Shown here one piece after another: positions 41,175 to 52,521 of a DNA stretch of 64,000 nucleotides (its first letter is position 1; each line of letters starts with the position of its first letter). A program made the position numbers and the translations under genes. A model generated the notes under the pieces. It was not told the origin of the DNA. It ran no database searches and was given only the letters and a program-made list of their open reading frames with translations. Source of the DNA: Cyanophora paradoxa CCMP329 (taxonomy: Eukaryota; Plantae; Glaucophyta); the NCBI GenBank assembly GCA_004431415.1, contig QPMI01000534.1, forward strand, positions 1 to 64,000, written 5' to 3'.

Positions 41175-44100
41175 CTACAGGGTGCTCGAGTTGCGGCGCC
41201 CGAAGAAGGCGGCGGCCGAGCTGCGCGCGGGGCGGCGAGCGCGGGGGCGGGGGCGGCGCGCGTGAGCGGCGGCCAAGGCAGAGGTGGAGGCGGAGGCGAC
41301 GGCGGCGGGTCCTCCCTTCCTCTCCCTGGGCCCGGCTCTCCCCTTTATAAAGGCAGGGGCGCACGCGACGGAGGAGCTCAGGCGACTGAGCGTCCGCGAG
41401 AGGATGGGGGAGAGGGGGGCGGGTGACTCGCCCCCCTCCTCCCCCTCCTCCCCCTCGCCCCCGCTCCCGGCCCCGGCCCCGTCCTCCCCGCTGAAGGCGC
41501 GCGGAGGTAAGAGGCCGCCGGGGAGTAGAGGGGCGGGGCGGGGCGGGGCGCACGTGGGGAGGCCCCGCCGGGGAAGGTTCGCCGGGTCGCACTTGCCCAC
41601 CTGCCCGCCCCGGGGCGCGGCTTCAGCTCGCACGCACGACTCAGATCAGAGTTCGCACCTCGCCCAGCAAGTAGAACGTGGTCATCGGGCCCTGCGCGCG
41701 CGCGCGGGCGGGCCGTCCGGTCAGCCGCGAGCCTGGCCGGGCGGGGCCGGGCGGGGCGGGGCGAGCGGGCGCGGGCGCGCCTTGCCCTTGACGTCGATCT
41801 GGCCGCGCGGCTCGAAGACGAAGGCGTCCCGCAGCCGCTCCCGCACCGCCCCGCTCACGTGGATCTGCACGCGGATCAAATCTAGATCTGGCTCGAGCTT
41901 GCGGCGCGGATGGAGCGGGGCGCGGGCGGACCATGCCGGGGGTGCCGTGGCTCTCCATGCGCGAGGCCTGAACGTACAAGGAGCTCAGAACAAGAAGCTT
42001 AGGGAGGAGGGGGAGGAGGGGGCGGGCCGTGTTGACGGTGTCGCCCCAGACGTCGTACACGAACTTCTTCACCCCGATGACCCCCTGCGCGCGTGCAGCG
42101 CACGCGCGCCCCTCGGGTGAGCGGAGGCCAGCGAGGCCGGCCGGCCGGCGAGCGGGCGGGCGGGCGTGCGGGCGGGCGGGAGGGCGCGGGAGCACCGCGA
42201 CGACGTCGCCGGTGTGCATCCCGACGCTGGCAATGGGCGGGCGGCTGGGTCACTTGTGTGGAAAAGGGGCAAGGGTAGAGGGGTGCAAGGTCAGGGTCTA
42301 GGTCTAGCCCAGGCGAGGACGAGGGTCCTGGGGGAGAGGCCAGGTCAAGGTCTAGGCCGGGCGGGTCTTGGGTCTTGGGCCGGGCGGGCGGCGGGTATGA
42401 GGCGAGAAAGGCAGGCCGCATGGTGAAGCTTAAGCGTGTGCCGCCGGAGTCCCGCTCTAGGTAGAATTCGAGAGCAAGGGATCTGGGCGCTCGGAGTTGG
42501 GCGGGCGGGGGTCTATGCGCGGACCGCATGGCGAAGCGGGTGCCGCCAAAGTGGCGCTGCTGCCGTATCGCCGCCATCATGTCCACCGCGAACTGCGGGG
42601 GCGAGGGCTCACGCGGGGAAGGAAGGACGAAGAAGGAGGCGGGCGGGCGGGCGCACGCGGGCCATGCGGGCGGTGGGCGCGGCGGGGTCCCCGCTGACCT
42701 CCTCCTCCGGCAGGCCGCTCGCCACCACTGCGAAAGGGGGCGGGCGGCTCGAGCCCGGGCGGCGCCAAGCGCGCAGCTCGGGTCGGAGCTCAGGCGGGGG
42801 CGCACTGTAGCAGTCGCCGATGGTCTTGATCTGGCGGGAGGGCGCGGGCGGGGACGCGCGCACGCACGCGTCAGACCGCGGGGCGGGCAGCGCAGCGCAG
42901 GGCGGGGCGGGACGCCGCCCTACTATCGCGCTAAAGGGCGGGGGCGGGGGGCGGGGCGGGGGGCGGGGGGCGGGGCGGACCTTCTCGAGGCGGTGCTTGT
43001 CGACGAGCGCGTCAAAGTCCTGCGGCCGGCCCGGCCCGGCCCGGGCGTGTCGGCGGGGGAGGGCCTCGCGGAGCGGCGGCTCGTCTTAAGGTTCGCTCGC
43101 GCAAAGGGGACCCCAGGCCCGGAGCTCTCTATCTGAGCTCGAGCGGGCGGGGGGCGGGGGCGGGGGGCGGACGGTGAAGACGGCGTTGAGGCGGTCGACG
43201 AGGTCCCCCGGGTCCATCCCCGACGCCAGCCGCGTGAACCTGTCCGCCCCCGCGCAGGGGGCCTTGTGTTAGCTCGCCGCCGCCTCCGCCCCGGGTTTAA
43301 GAGAGGGGGGCCCTCCCGGGGCCTTAGAGAGAAAGGCCTTAGCGCGGCCCAGGGCTTGGAGGAGGGAGGGGCGCCCCGGGGCCCATTCGTCGAGCCGGAG
43401 AGAGAGGCGGAGGCTGTACCCCCTGGGCTCGGCGGCGGCGAGGCCTAGGAACCCACTGGCGCCCCGCGGGATCGCGCAGCTGCAGCAGCGCACCCGACGA
43501 TGTCTGCGAAGAGGATGCAGACTGCGGGGCGGGGCGGGGCGCCCGCGTGAGCTCGAGCGGGGCAGGCGCCGGCTAATGATCGGCGGCTGGCGGCTCTCTC
43601 ATCACCGTTGCGGTGGAGGCGACTCTGGACGCCTGCGGATCGGATTGAGGCCGGTCAGGGCGCGGCGGCGAAGAAAGGGAAGGAGCGCTAGGGCAAGGCA
43701 AGGCCGGGGCCGGGTGCACGGTGCGTCTTCATCATCTCCCGCATGATCTGCGAGCGCGGGCGCCGATCGTACATAAACGGCAGGAGCACTGCCATACGCG
43801 CGGATGCGGGTGCGCATAAAAGGCCCCAATCGTGCATAAACGGCAGGAGGCGGCCGCGGAGGGATAAAGCCTAAGCCGGCTGAACCGATCGGGGGCGCGG
43901 TACCTTCGGGGGCAGGAGGTTGCAGAGGAGGAGGTCCCGGCTCTGCAGCTCCTCCTCGATGCTCCGCTTCGACGCCGCCTCCCCCTTGATCCGCGCCTGC
44001 CCGAGGGAGCGTTGAAGTGAGGGGCGCCCTGGGCAGGGGCGGGCCGCCGCCGCCGCCGCCGACGCGCCTCGAGGGCGCGGAGGGTCTTGAGGAAGGAGCG

Positions 44101-47100
44101 CGCCGCCGCCGCCTCGCCGGCGCCCCAGGGCCTGCCCGAGCGAGCGAGCTCGGCGCCAGGCGGGGCGGGGCGGGGCGGGGCGAAGCGAAAGCCCGCGCCT
44201 GCAGCGGCCGCGGACGGACTGGCGCCACGCGGCGAAGGAGCCCCGCGGCCGCAGCGCCTGCGCGCGCGCCCCTCAGCTGAGCGCTCGCGCGCCCCTCAGC
44301 TGAGCGGGCCTGGGCCTCGGGGCCGGAGGAGGAGCGGAGCTGGGCGGCGGTGTAGGGGAGCTCCTCCGAAGAGCCGCTCCACGCCACCTCGTGCGCCCAC
44401 TCTGCGCCGCGGCCCCGCCAACGTGACTCAGGGGCCCGGAGAGCAAGCTTGGCCCGCGGCCCGCAGTCGCTCGCGGACCGCGGCGGAACCATATGACGGC
44501 CGCGTCGCGCCGCCCGCTCAGGAACGCCACCAGAGCCCCGCTCGCCGCCGCCGCGTACTGGAGGGAGGTCAGGGGGATCGGAGGCGGGGGGAAGAGAGGG
44601 GGGGGGGGGGGGGGTGGGGGGGGGGGCGCCTTCTCGGCGGGGGGGTGGATGCGCTGCAGGCAGTCCCACGACGCCACGACGTCCATCTGATCGCGAACGA
44701 AGTTCGACCAAGGAAGCTTGGAGGGGCCCGCGGGGGTACGGCACCGCACCGTGCTGGCGGAGAGGGCGGGGAAGAGGGCGAGGCACTCGGCCTCGGAGGG
44801 GGTCTCCCCCCTGGGGGCCCCGGGTGAGCCACTCGGGCGGGCTGGCTGGGGCGCTCGGGCGGGGCTGCCCGCACGAGAGGCTGGCGCTGCCGCTGGCGAC
44901 GATGGCGCAGCCCGTCGCCTCCACCAGCTGCGCGCGCGCGGGGGGCGGGAGCGTCTGCGTCGGCCTCGAGCTGGATCGGAGGGGCGGGCTGGATCGGAGG
45001 GGCGGGCTGGATCAAGAGGAGAAGGACTAGCTGGATCTAGAAGAGTGGACGTCAGCAGATCCAGGAGAGCGGACGTCCCCGGGCCCGGTTGAAGGCGTTG
45101 GGGCCCAGGCGGCGGGGCGCGCTAGCGCTGGATCTAGTCTCTGCTGGATCTAGAAGAGTGGACGTCCAGCTAAGGTCCCGCCTGGAGCCGGAGGCGACTG
45201 GGGCGTCTGGGCGGCGGGGCGGGCGCGCACGCGGGAGACGTGCGAGTCGCGCTCCTGCAGGGCCGCCAGGAAGCGCCCCTCCGCCGCGCTGCGGATCAGC
45301 GCCGCCTGCGCGCGGGGCACATGAGCAGGAAGAAGAGAGGGCGGAGGGCGGGGGGGCGCGGGGGGGCCGGGCGGGCCTGCATGGCGGAGACGCGGGCCTC
45401 GCCTGCGCGCTCCTCGCGCTCCCGCGACGCCCGCAGCGCCACCGAGAGGCTGCCGGGGCCGGGGCCCCCGGCGTCAGTCACGGCGGGGAGAGAAGGGGGG
45501 CGGGAGGGGAGCGGCACCTGTGGGCGACGACGAGCACGGCGGAGCGGACCTCGAAGCCGACCCTAAGGGCGGGGAGGCAGGCGACGTAGGCGTCGTCAGG
45601 CGGATGCAGATGCAGAAATTGCGGGGGATGGCAAGGACGAGGAGGAGGACGAAGAGATGTTCGGGGGGGGGGGGGGGAAGGGCCTCGCTCACTCGCGCGG
45701 GGTGCGGTGGTGCCCGACGGCGAGGCCCCACAGCTCCTCACGGGCCACCCCCCGCGCCTCCGCCTCCTCCTCCGGTGTCGCCGCCGGGGGCGGCGGGGGC
45801 GCCCCGACGACGATGGCGGTCGTGAGGGAGGCCCGCGTGCTCATGTTCTGCAGGCGCAGGCGCGTCAGTCGGTGGAGCCGAGCCGAGCCGAGGGCGCGGC
45901 GCGGCGCGCCTGCATGTACGCCGCGTGGCACGCGTGCGGCGCCCGGAACTGCGGGGGAGGGGAGGGGAGGGGAGGGGAGGGGAGGGGAGGGGAGTGGTTA
46001 GGGGCACGAGCGGGGGCGGAGCCGGCGGAGGGGTACGGGGCCGCGCCTTGAGCCCGGCGGTCGCGGCGGCGAGGCGGGCATCGACGGCCTCCGGTACCAG
46101 CGCGGCCGGCCGCGACGCAGCGTCCACGATCATTCGCGACCTGGGGGGTACAGGCACAGACCGTCAGGGAGGGGGTACGCGAGCATTGGAGGAGCGAAGG
46201 GGGGTACGCGCCGCTCGCGGAGGAAGAGGGCGCGCATCTCCTCCGGGATGTCCGAGGCCGGGAAGTGTAGGTCGAGGTAGGAGTCGTACCCCGGATCGTT
46301 CAGGTACTCCCCCACCACGTGCCCGTGGCCGTCTCCCATGAACTTCTGCGGGCGATCGCGAACTCAGGCGGGGCTACCCCCCGCTTGGGGTTGGGAGGGG
46401 GGGGAGCAACCGCACGTAAATCATGACGCGGTCGTACCCCGAGATGCTGGCCATGGCGCGGGCGGCCGCCGCGCAGAGCTCCGCCTCGGGTCTGGCGATC
46501 GGCCCTTGGTTTCTCAGGGGGTACGAGGGAGGGGGCGGGCGGGGCGGCGCACAGGTCCCCGCGGAGCGCCTCTACCCCGGCGACGAGCCGCGCGGAAAGG
46601 TCAACGACGCTGTAGCCGGGGCCTTCGCGCTTGGCCCCTGCGGTCCGGATCCGGTCGGGCGCGGCTCGAATGGAATTAGATTCGGGGCGGGATCGGGTCG
46701 GGCGCACGCTCGCACTCCAGTATGACGTGGCCGCACCGGAGCGTTGGGAAAGCGTCCCAGCGGGTCAGCGTGCCTTGGACGGTGAACGCGAGGGGGAAGG
46801 GCGCGCTCGGCTGCGGCTGCCCCCGCGCCTCCGCGAAAGCCCGCACGTGAGACGCATCCTCCACGAGCTCGTCTATCTTCTTCCCGAGCAGGGCCGGCGC
46901 GGGACAGCCCAAGAGCTGCGCAAGCCGTTCGGCAACTTAAGCTTCCGTGTACGTACGTATACGCGGCGGCGCGGCGGAGCGGGCGGGAGGGCGGGCGGGA
47001 GGCGCGCCTCGACGTTGGCGGAGGCTCGCCGCACATACAAACCCTCGTCCAAACACAGGACGACCGCGAACGGTTGGATCTGCGGGGGGAGGGATCGGAT

Positions 47101-47300
47101 CGTGGGAGCGCTGGCGCGGACCGGAGGCTACGTATACCCGCGAATGTGACGCACTTTGTTTAATGTAAACGTGCCGAAGGGCAACTCCAGCACTACATCA
47201 CAAACGGGCTCCCCGGCTGAGGGAGGCATCGAACGACCGTCTGACGTGCTTTACGATGATTACAGGTGGTGTTCCGGCACTCGGCGCTGTTAGCTATGCT
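41175..47300 (-). CDS. Phytochrome (PAS-GAF-PHY) fused to a class III adenylyl cyclase; >30 exons; exact start and last exons uncertain
   Basis: In order: [10 protein letters not shown]...SANVE (PAS); [42 protein letters not shown] (GAF); [33 protein letters not shown] (PHY); [11 protein letters not shown] (linker); [58 protein letters not shown] (cyclase). The segments join in frame at GT/GC-AG junctions. Confidence 0.9.
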
Positions 47301-48150
47301 GCTCCAACAAGACTGGCTTTGCTTGGTAAGGTTTCTGAGTACCCCCCAAGTTGGCGCTGGCACCGCATGCGCATGCGCGCACGCGCTGCGTTCGACGCGA
47401 GTCGGTCATCTTGCAATTGGCATCCTGCGCGAGTTGAGTCGACGTTTCGGGCGCATGCGCAAGATGACATGTGCAAGGCCAAGCGCTAGCACACTCGCGC
47501 GCGCGTGCCCGAACTGATCATGACGCGCTAGCTTACTGGCCCATGCATATGGCCAGCGGCGCCAGCGAGCGCCGCGGCGGCGCCGCGCGCTAGCCTAGCT
47601 ACAGCCTCCACAGACCTAGACGACTCGAGAGCTCGGGGGATCATCGGATTCTGGTACGACATTGAAAGCTCAGCCGCAGTCTGTGCGCTGCCTGCACTAC
47701 CTCCTGCTGCAGCAGCTACAGTTTCAAAGAAATACTCTGGGTGAGATCCTATCTGAAATCTGGACAGCCTGTGCGCAGCTGGTGAACAGGGTCTAGCTGT
47801 GATAGCCTAGCTGCCACCTAGATGCCTAGGCCTACGCCTCAAGTACAAGTACGATTTGACAGATTGAGAGTGATTGAGAGATTTGTCGCTGCTGACATAC
47901 CGACATCACATTCAGAGAATACATGCAAAAGTGAAAGAAAACACAACACTACGACTGAACAGGAGAAAAAGCACCGCCGGCGATAATTGCGATGATACGG
48001 CGAAAAAAAGGGGAACTGACCATGTGCAATACGCAAACAAGGGGTTGAATAATGCATGAATAGTGGGACCTCGGCCACCTTCTGGGGGGGGGGGGGGGGG
48101 GGGGGGAGTGTGGCCGTGTCCGGCTGCCCGGGGCCGGGGACCGCCTGGGC

Positions 48151-50900
48151 TCACGGCCCTAGCTGTGCCTGGCGCTGCCACCGCTCAGGCGCAGGTGGGC
48201 TGCCGCGGCCGCCCGTCAGCTGGAGGGAGCAACGCGGAGGGGCGGGCGGGCGGGCGGGCGCACCGATGGCGGCGGAGAGGGCCGAGGCCTGCGCCTGGGC
48301 GGGCCCCTCGCGGGCGGAGACGGAGGGCTCGCCCACCGACGGTCCGGTGGAGGAGGTGTCCGAGTGGCTGCGGGCCGACGAGGGCGCGGCGAAGGCGCTC
48401 CGCGGGGAAGAGAGATTCGACAGGGAGCGGGTGCGGTCCGGGCTCAGCACGCCGCTGCAGCTGCCGAGCGAGAGGGCTACCGCCCGCTCCGCCGCCGTGG
48501 CGCTCGCGAAGACGCTCTGGAGGCCGGCGGCGCGGGTGGAGGGGGCGGCGGCGGGGATGCGGAGGGGGCCCGAGTGGCGCGCTCCGGCGCTCGCCGCGGC
48601 GTGGTGGGCGCGGCGCGCGGCCGACTCCTGCTGGGCCTTCGCGTTGAGCTTGTCGAGGTTGAGCGGGTTCAGCCCGCGCGGCCGCTTCCCCGAGAAGTCC
48701 GAGGTCCCGTTGCGGTTGGGCGAGGGCGGCGGGCCCGCTGCCCGCGCGGCGGCGCCGCTGCTGGGGCGCGCCGCCCCCGGAGCATGGCTCGGCACGTCGA
48801 TCGGCGTGGTCCGCTTGCGCGTCGGGCTCGTCAGCTCCGCCTCCCCTGTGCCGGGGCGGTCGCCCCGCATCATGCTGACCGGGTCGGGCGCCGGCGCCTT
48901 CGGGGACGGCCGGTCAGGCGCCGGGCGCGAAGGAGGCGGGGCGGGGCGGGGCGCACGCGGGTGTCGCGGCAGGCGACCTCGGCGGGGCTCTGCATCTGGA
49001 GGCGCCGGATCTCGCTCTCCTCCTCCTCGACCTCGAGGGCCTCCGACCCGCCGCAGAGGAGCGTGTGCGACGGCGCCTGCCCCCGCGGGGGCGAGACGTG
49101 CGCCCCGCTCTTGTACGCCAGCGGCCGGGCGCTCCCGCGCTGCGAGAAGCCCCCGAACGAGTCCTGCGGGATGACGCCCCTGCTCACCAGCTCCTGGTGC
49201 TGCGCCGCCAAGGCGTTTGAAAGGAAGGGAAAAGGAGCGCGGTCGCGGCGGCGGGGCGGGGCAGAGCGGGGCGGGGCGGGGCGGGCGGACCTGGCGCTCC
49301 AGGAGGCTTTCCATCTGCTGGAGCTCTTCTAACGAGTCGGAGCGCGCCAGCGGGTGCACGGCCGCGGAGAACGAAGCGCTGCCGGAAGCGCCGACGAGGG
49401 CCACGGGGGGGTGGATGTGGAGGGGCGAGATGGATGACGGGCGCGGGTCGCCCGAGCGCTCGCGCGGGTCGACGGAGGAGATGCGGCGCGGCGGAGCGAG
49501 GGGATCGATAGGGTCGCGGAGACGCTGCGCGCGCACGGTGAGAAAAAACGCGCGCCTCGGCGCGGCCAACGGCGTTGCGGCGCACCGGATCGAATCGCGA
49601 GAGGTCTGCGTCGTACGAGCAGGAGCGCGGAATCGCAGATTGGAGTGCGAAGACGTGTTCCCTGGCTTCGAGCACGGTTGGGGAGCAGCACCCGGCGCCC
49701 GCGCCGAACGACGCGGCGGCCGACTCCCGGCCACGCTCGGTTTGCACCGAGATACTGGAGCGCAGGAGCAGCCGCTTGGGCGAGTCTTCTTGCGATCCGT
49801 CGTCTACATCGGTCTGCGTCGTCGCGTCGCTGACCGTCTGCGGGGGGCAGTCAGCGCCCGCCAGCGGCACAACCGGCGGGGGGCGGCGGCAGACCTGCGA
49901 TGCCGCTCCGGCCATCTGCACGAGGACACCGCCCGGCGTTCTTCGCACGATGGGCCGCGCGTCAAGCGACTTCCGGAGGTCTGACGCGAAGTCGGCCGCT
50001 GTGGCAGGAAGGCCCGAGGCATCCGCCGGAACTTGCGATGCGAGCGAAGTCCGAAGGGAAGCCGTGCCAAGAGAGGAAGAGGAGAGGACGCCAGCACTTG
50101 ATGCAGAAGAGGAGCGCAGCTGAAGCATCGACACTGCATGGGCGGCAAGGCCCGAGTCACGGAGTGATTCGCAAACACAGCGAGCGAAGAGCGAACCATC
50201 AAGCGCGTCCCTCGCATCTCCGCGATCGACATGGTCTTCGAGTCGGCGCAGCGTGTCGAGACCCGACGTGCTCCGGCGTAGTTGAGTGAACGCCCCGAAG
50301 TTGACCTAGAGCAAGCGATTAGGCACAGACGGGAAGATGCGCGAAGCAGCGAGAAAGACCTTCACGGGACCCACAGAGATGCTAGGGTTCTTGCTCGCGC
50401 GAATCTCGCCGTGATGCCTTACCGGTGCTGATGTGGAGGATTAGCGATCAGGCAGAACAGGCTCGCCGTCGAGGGGGGCGAGTCGGATGGAGCGAATAGA
50501 GACGCAAACCTCTCTGCTGACCCCTTGCCGAGCGGGGAGTCGCGACATCCCGGCGGCGGGTGCTGTCTGGCGCGCTTGACTCGAGGGGGCTGTCCTCCCG
50601 CTTGACCCGTGAGGGGCTGGGCGTTGCGCGTCCAGTTCCAGCGGTGGAAAAAGACGCATACAACTTGTCGGTCGACACCCCCACGCTCACGCCGCGGCCG
50701 ATGCCGTGGTTGCCGCGGACGGGGTCGCCTCGCTTCATGTTTTTGCGCCGCCGCCTCGCTGCTCACCTGGGCGACCGGCGTGCTACTCGGCCATGGCCAT
50801 GGACGTCGCGGCGTGGAAGTCGATGCCGGCGGCCAGCTCCCTTGCCAGGTTGTTTCGGTGGAAAAGCTGCAGTGGCGGGGTACACCTTCCCGGATTGCCG
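48151..50900 (-). CDS. Hypothetical Ser/Pro/Ala-rich, probably disordered protein (multi-exon)
   Basis: Long open frames (49184-50134, 48151-49734, 48870-49211) switch frame at plausible short introns. No recognisable domain; both ends are uncertain. Confidence 0.5.
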
Positions 50901-51407
50901 AACCTGTGCCTGATATATCGATAGACAGTGATAGTACGTGCAATATTTAATGAGAATATGTATGTATACTGTGTCGCACTTAGATAATACCACGCTCAGT
51001 TAATTACCGCGGAAGCAAATTAATAACCGCGCCGAAATCTTGACGCACCGCAAATGGGGTCCGCAATATACTTTTGTACCGCGATATCGATCGCGATGAT
51101 TATCTGATGTTAAATAGCTTCATAAAGTACCCCACCCAATTACCTCACTATACATGCCTCAAAACTTTAAGATTATAACACGGTAATTTATTTTCGGGGG
51201 CGCGGCAGTGCGGCGGCACCCGCCACTGAGGGCCGCCAGGGCCAGCCCCGCGGCCCCGCCGGCGCCTGGGCCGCCGGACCGTCGGACGCGTACGCCGGCG
51301 CCGGCGGGCCGCGGCCCGCGGGCCGCGGCCCGCGCGCGGCCCGCGGCCCGCGGGCCGGGGCCCGGCCGGCCCGGCGCGGCCGCCGGCCGCGCGCGCGGCG
51401 CCGGCGC

Positions 51408-51799
51408 TAGGGTTGCCGTGTCCGATGTCCGCGGACATTGACATGTCCATGTCCGCGGACATGTCGTGTCAATGTCCGTGGGTCCGGGTGGACATGTCCG
51501 TGGACATTAGGGGGGATACCCCTCTAAACAGGCCAAAACGCGTGCAAATCATGTTTAAAACACTCTAGCAGAACACTGCAAACGTTAGCAGCATGTTTCT
51601 GGTACTCAGGAAGCGGCGGGGGGCAGCGGGGAGTCGCCGGGGGCCTCGCCCAAGCTGCCCCGCCACCTCACTTTTGGAATATAATTTAATTTAATTTAAT
51701 TTAATATTCAATGTCCGCGGACATGTCGGCGGACATGTCCGTGTCCGAATGTCCGTGTCCACCGGGTTGATTGACATGTCCATGGACACGGCAACCCTA
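51408..51799. mobile_element. hAT-family MITE (392 bp)
   Basis: Perfect 16-bp TIR TAGGGTTGCCGTGTCC / GGACACGGCAACCCTA. Exact 8-bp TSD GCCGGCGC at 51400-51407 and 51800-51807. Subterminal arrays of GGACA/TGTCC at both ends. Confidence 0.93.
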
Positions 51800-52521
51800 G
51801 CCGGCGCCGGCCGCGCGGCGGGCCGCGGCCCCGAGCCGGGCCCGCGGCGGCGGCCGGCGCCGCCGGGCCGCCGGCGGGCGGCGGCGGCCCGCGCCGGCGC
51901 CGCCCGCCGGGCCCGCGGGTCGCGGCCGCCGGGCGGCAGCGCCGGGGCCGGGGCCGGCCGCCGGGCGCCGGGCGCCGCCGGCGCCGCCGGCGCCGCCGGC
52001 GCCGCCCGCGGCCGCGCGGCGCGCGCCGGCGGCCGCGCGGCCGGCGGGCTGCGCGGCTCACACGGTGCCACAGTGCAGCCACACCCGCGCATCCGTGAAA
52101 AAGTGGATCGCAAGATTTTCAGGTTTGAATAATAAACGAACTGTAATAAACGAACTACTGGAGTCCGAAATTAGTGGAATCATGGAATGAGTCAATTGCA
52201 ACTTGCAAGTAAGATTTCGGTCGACTAATTTCGTCGTTACTTCGCTAATTAAATACAGCGTTCAGCTATAGTATAAAAAACTATATTTTCCCCAGTATTT
52301 TCCTGTTTTACGGTATTACTTGCATTTTACTGATTTATCGTGGCAGCGCTAGCTAGTACACTGGCAGTCTGGAACTGACTCATTTCGGAACTTCCGATTC
52401 AAGTTCCGAAGTTCCGAATTCGAACTGAAACGTTCGACTCGCGATTCGCCAATCGCGATTCGCGATATATCGATCGGCGAACTTCGAATTCCGGAAGTTT
52501 GAATTAACTTGCGATCGAATA

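Noticed and set aside
50985-51210. Possible degenerate MITE with AATTACCG ends
   Set aside because: The inverted match is only ~8-9 bp and there is no TSD.
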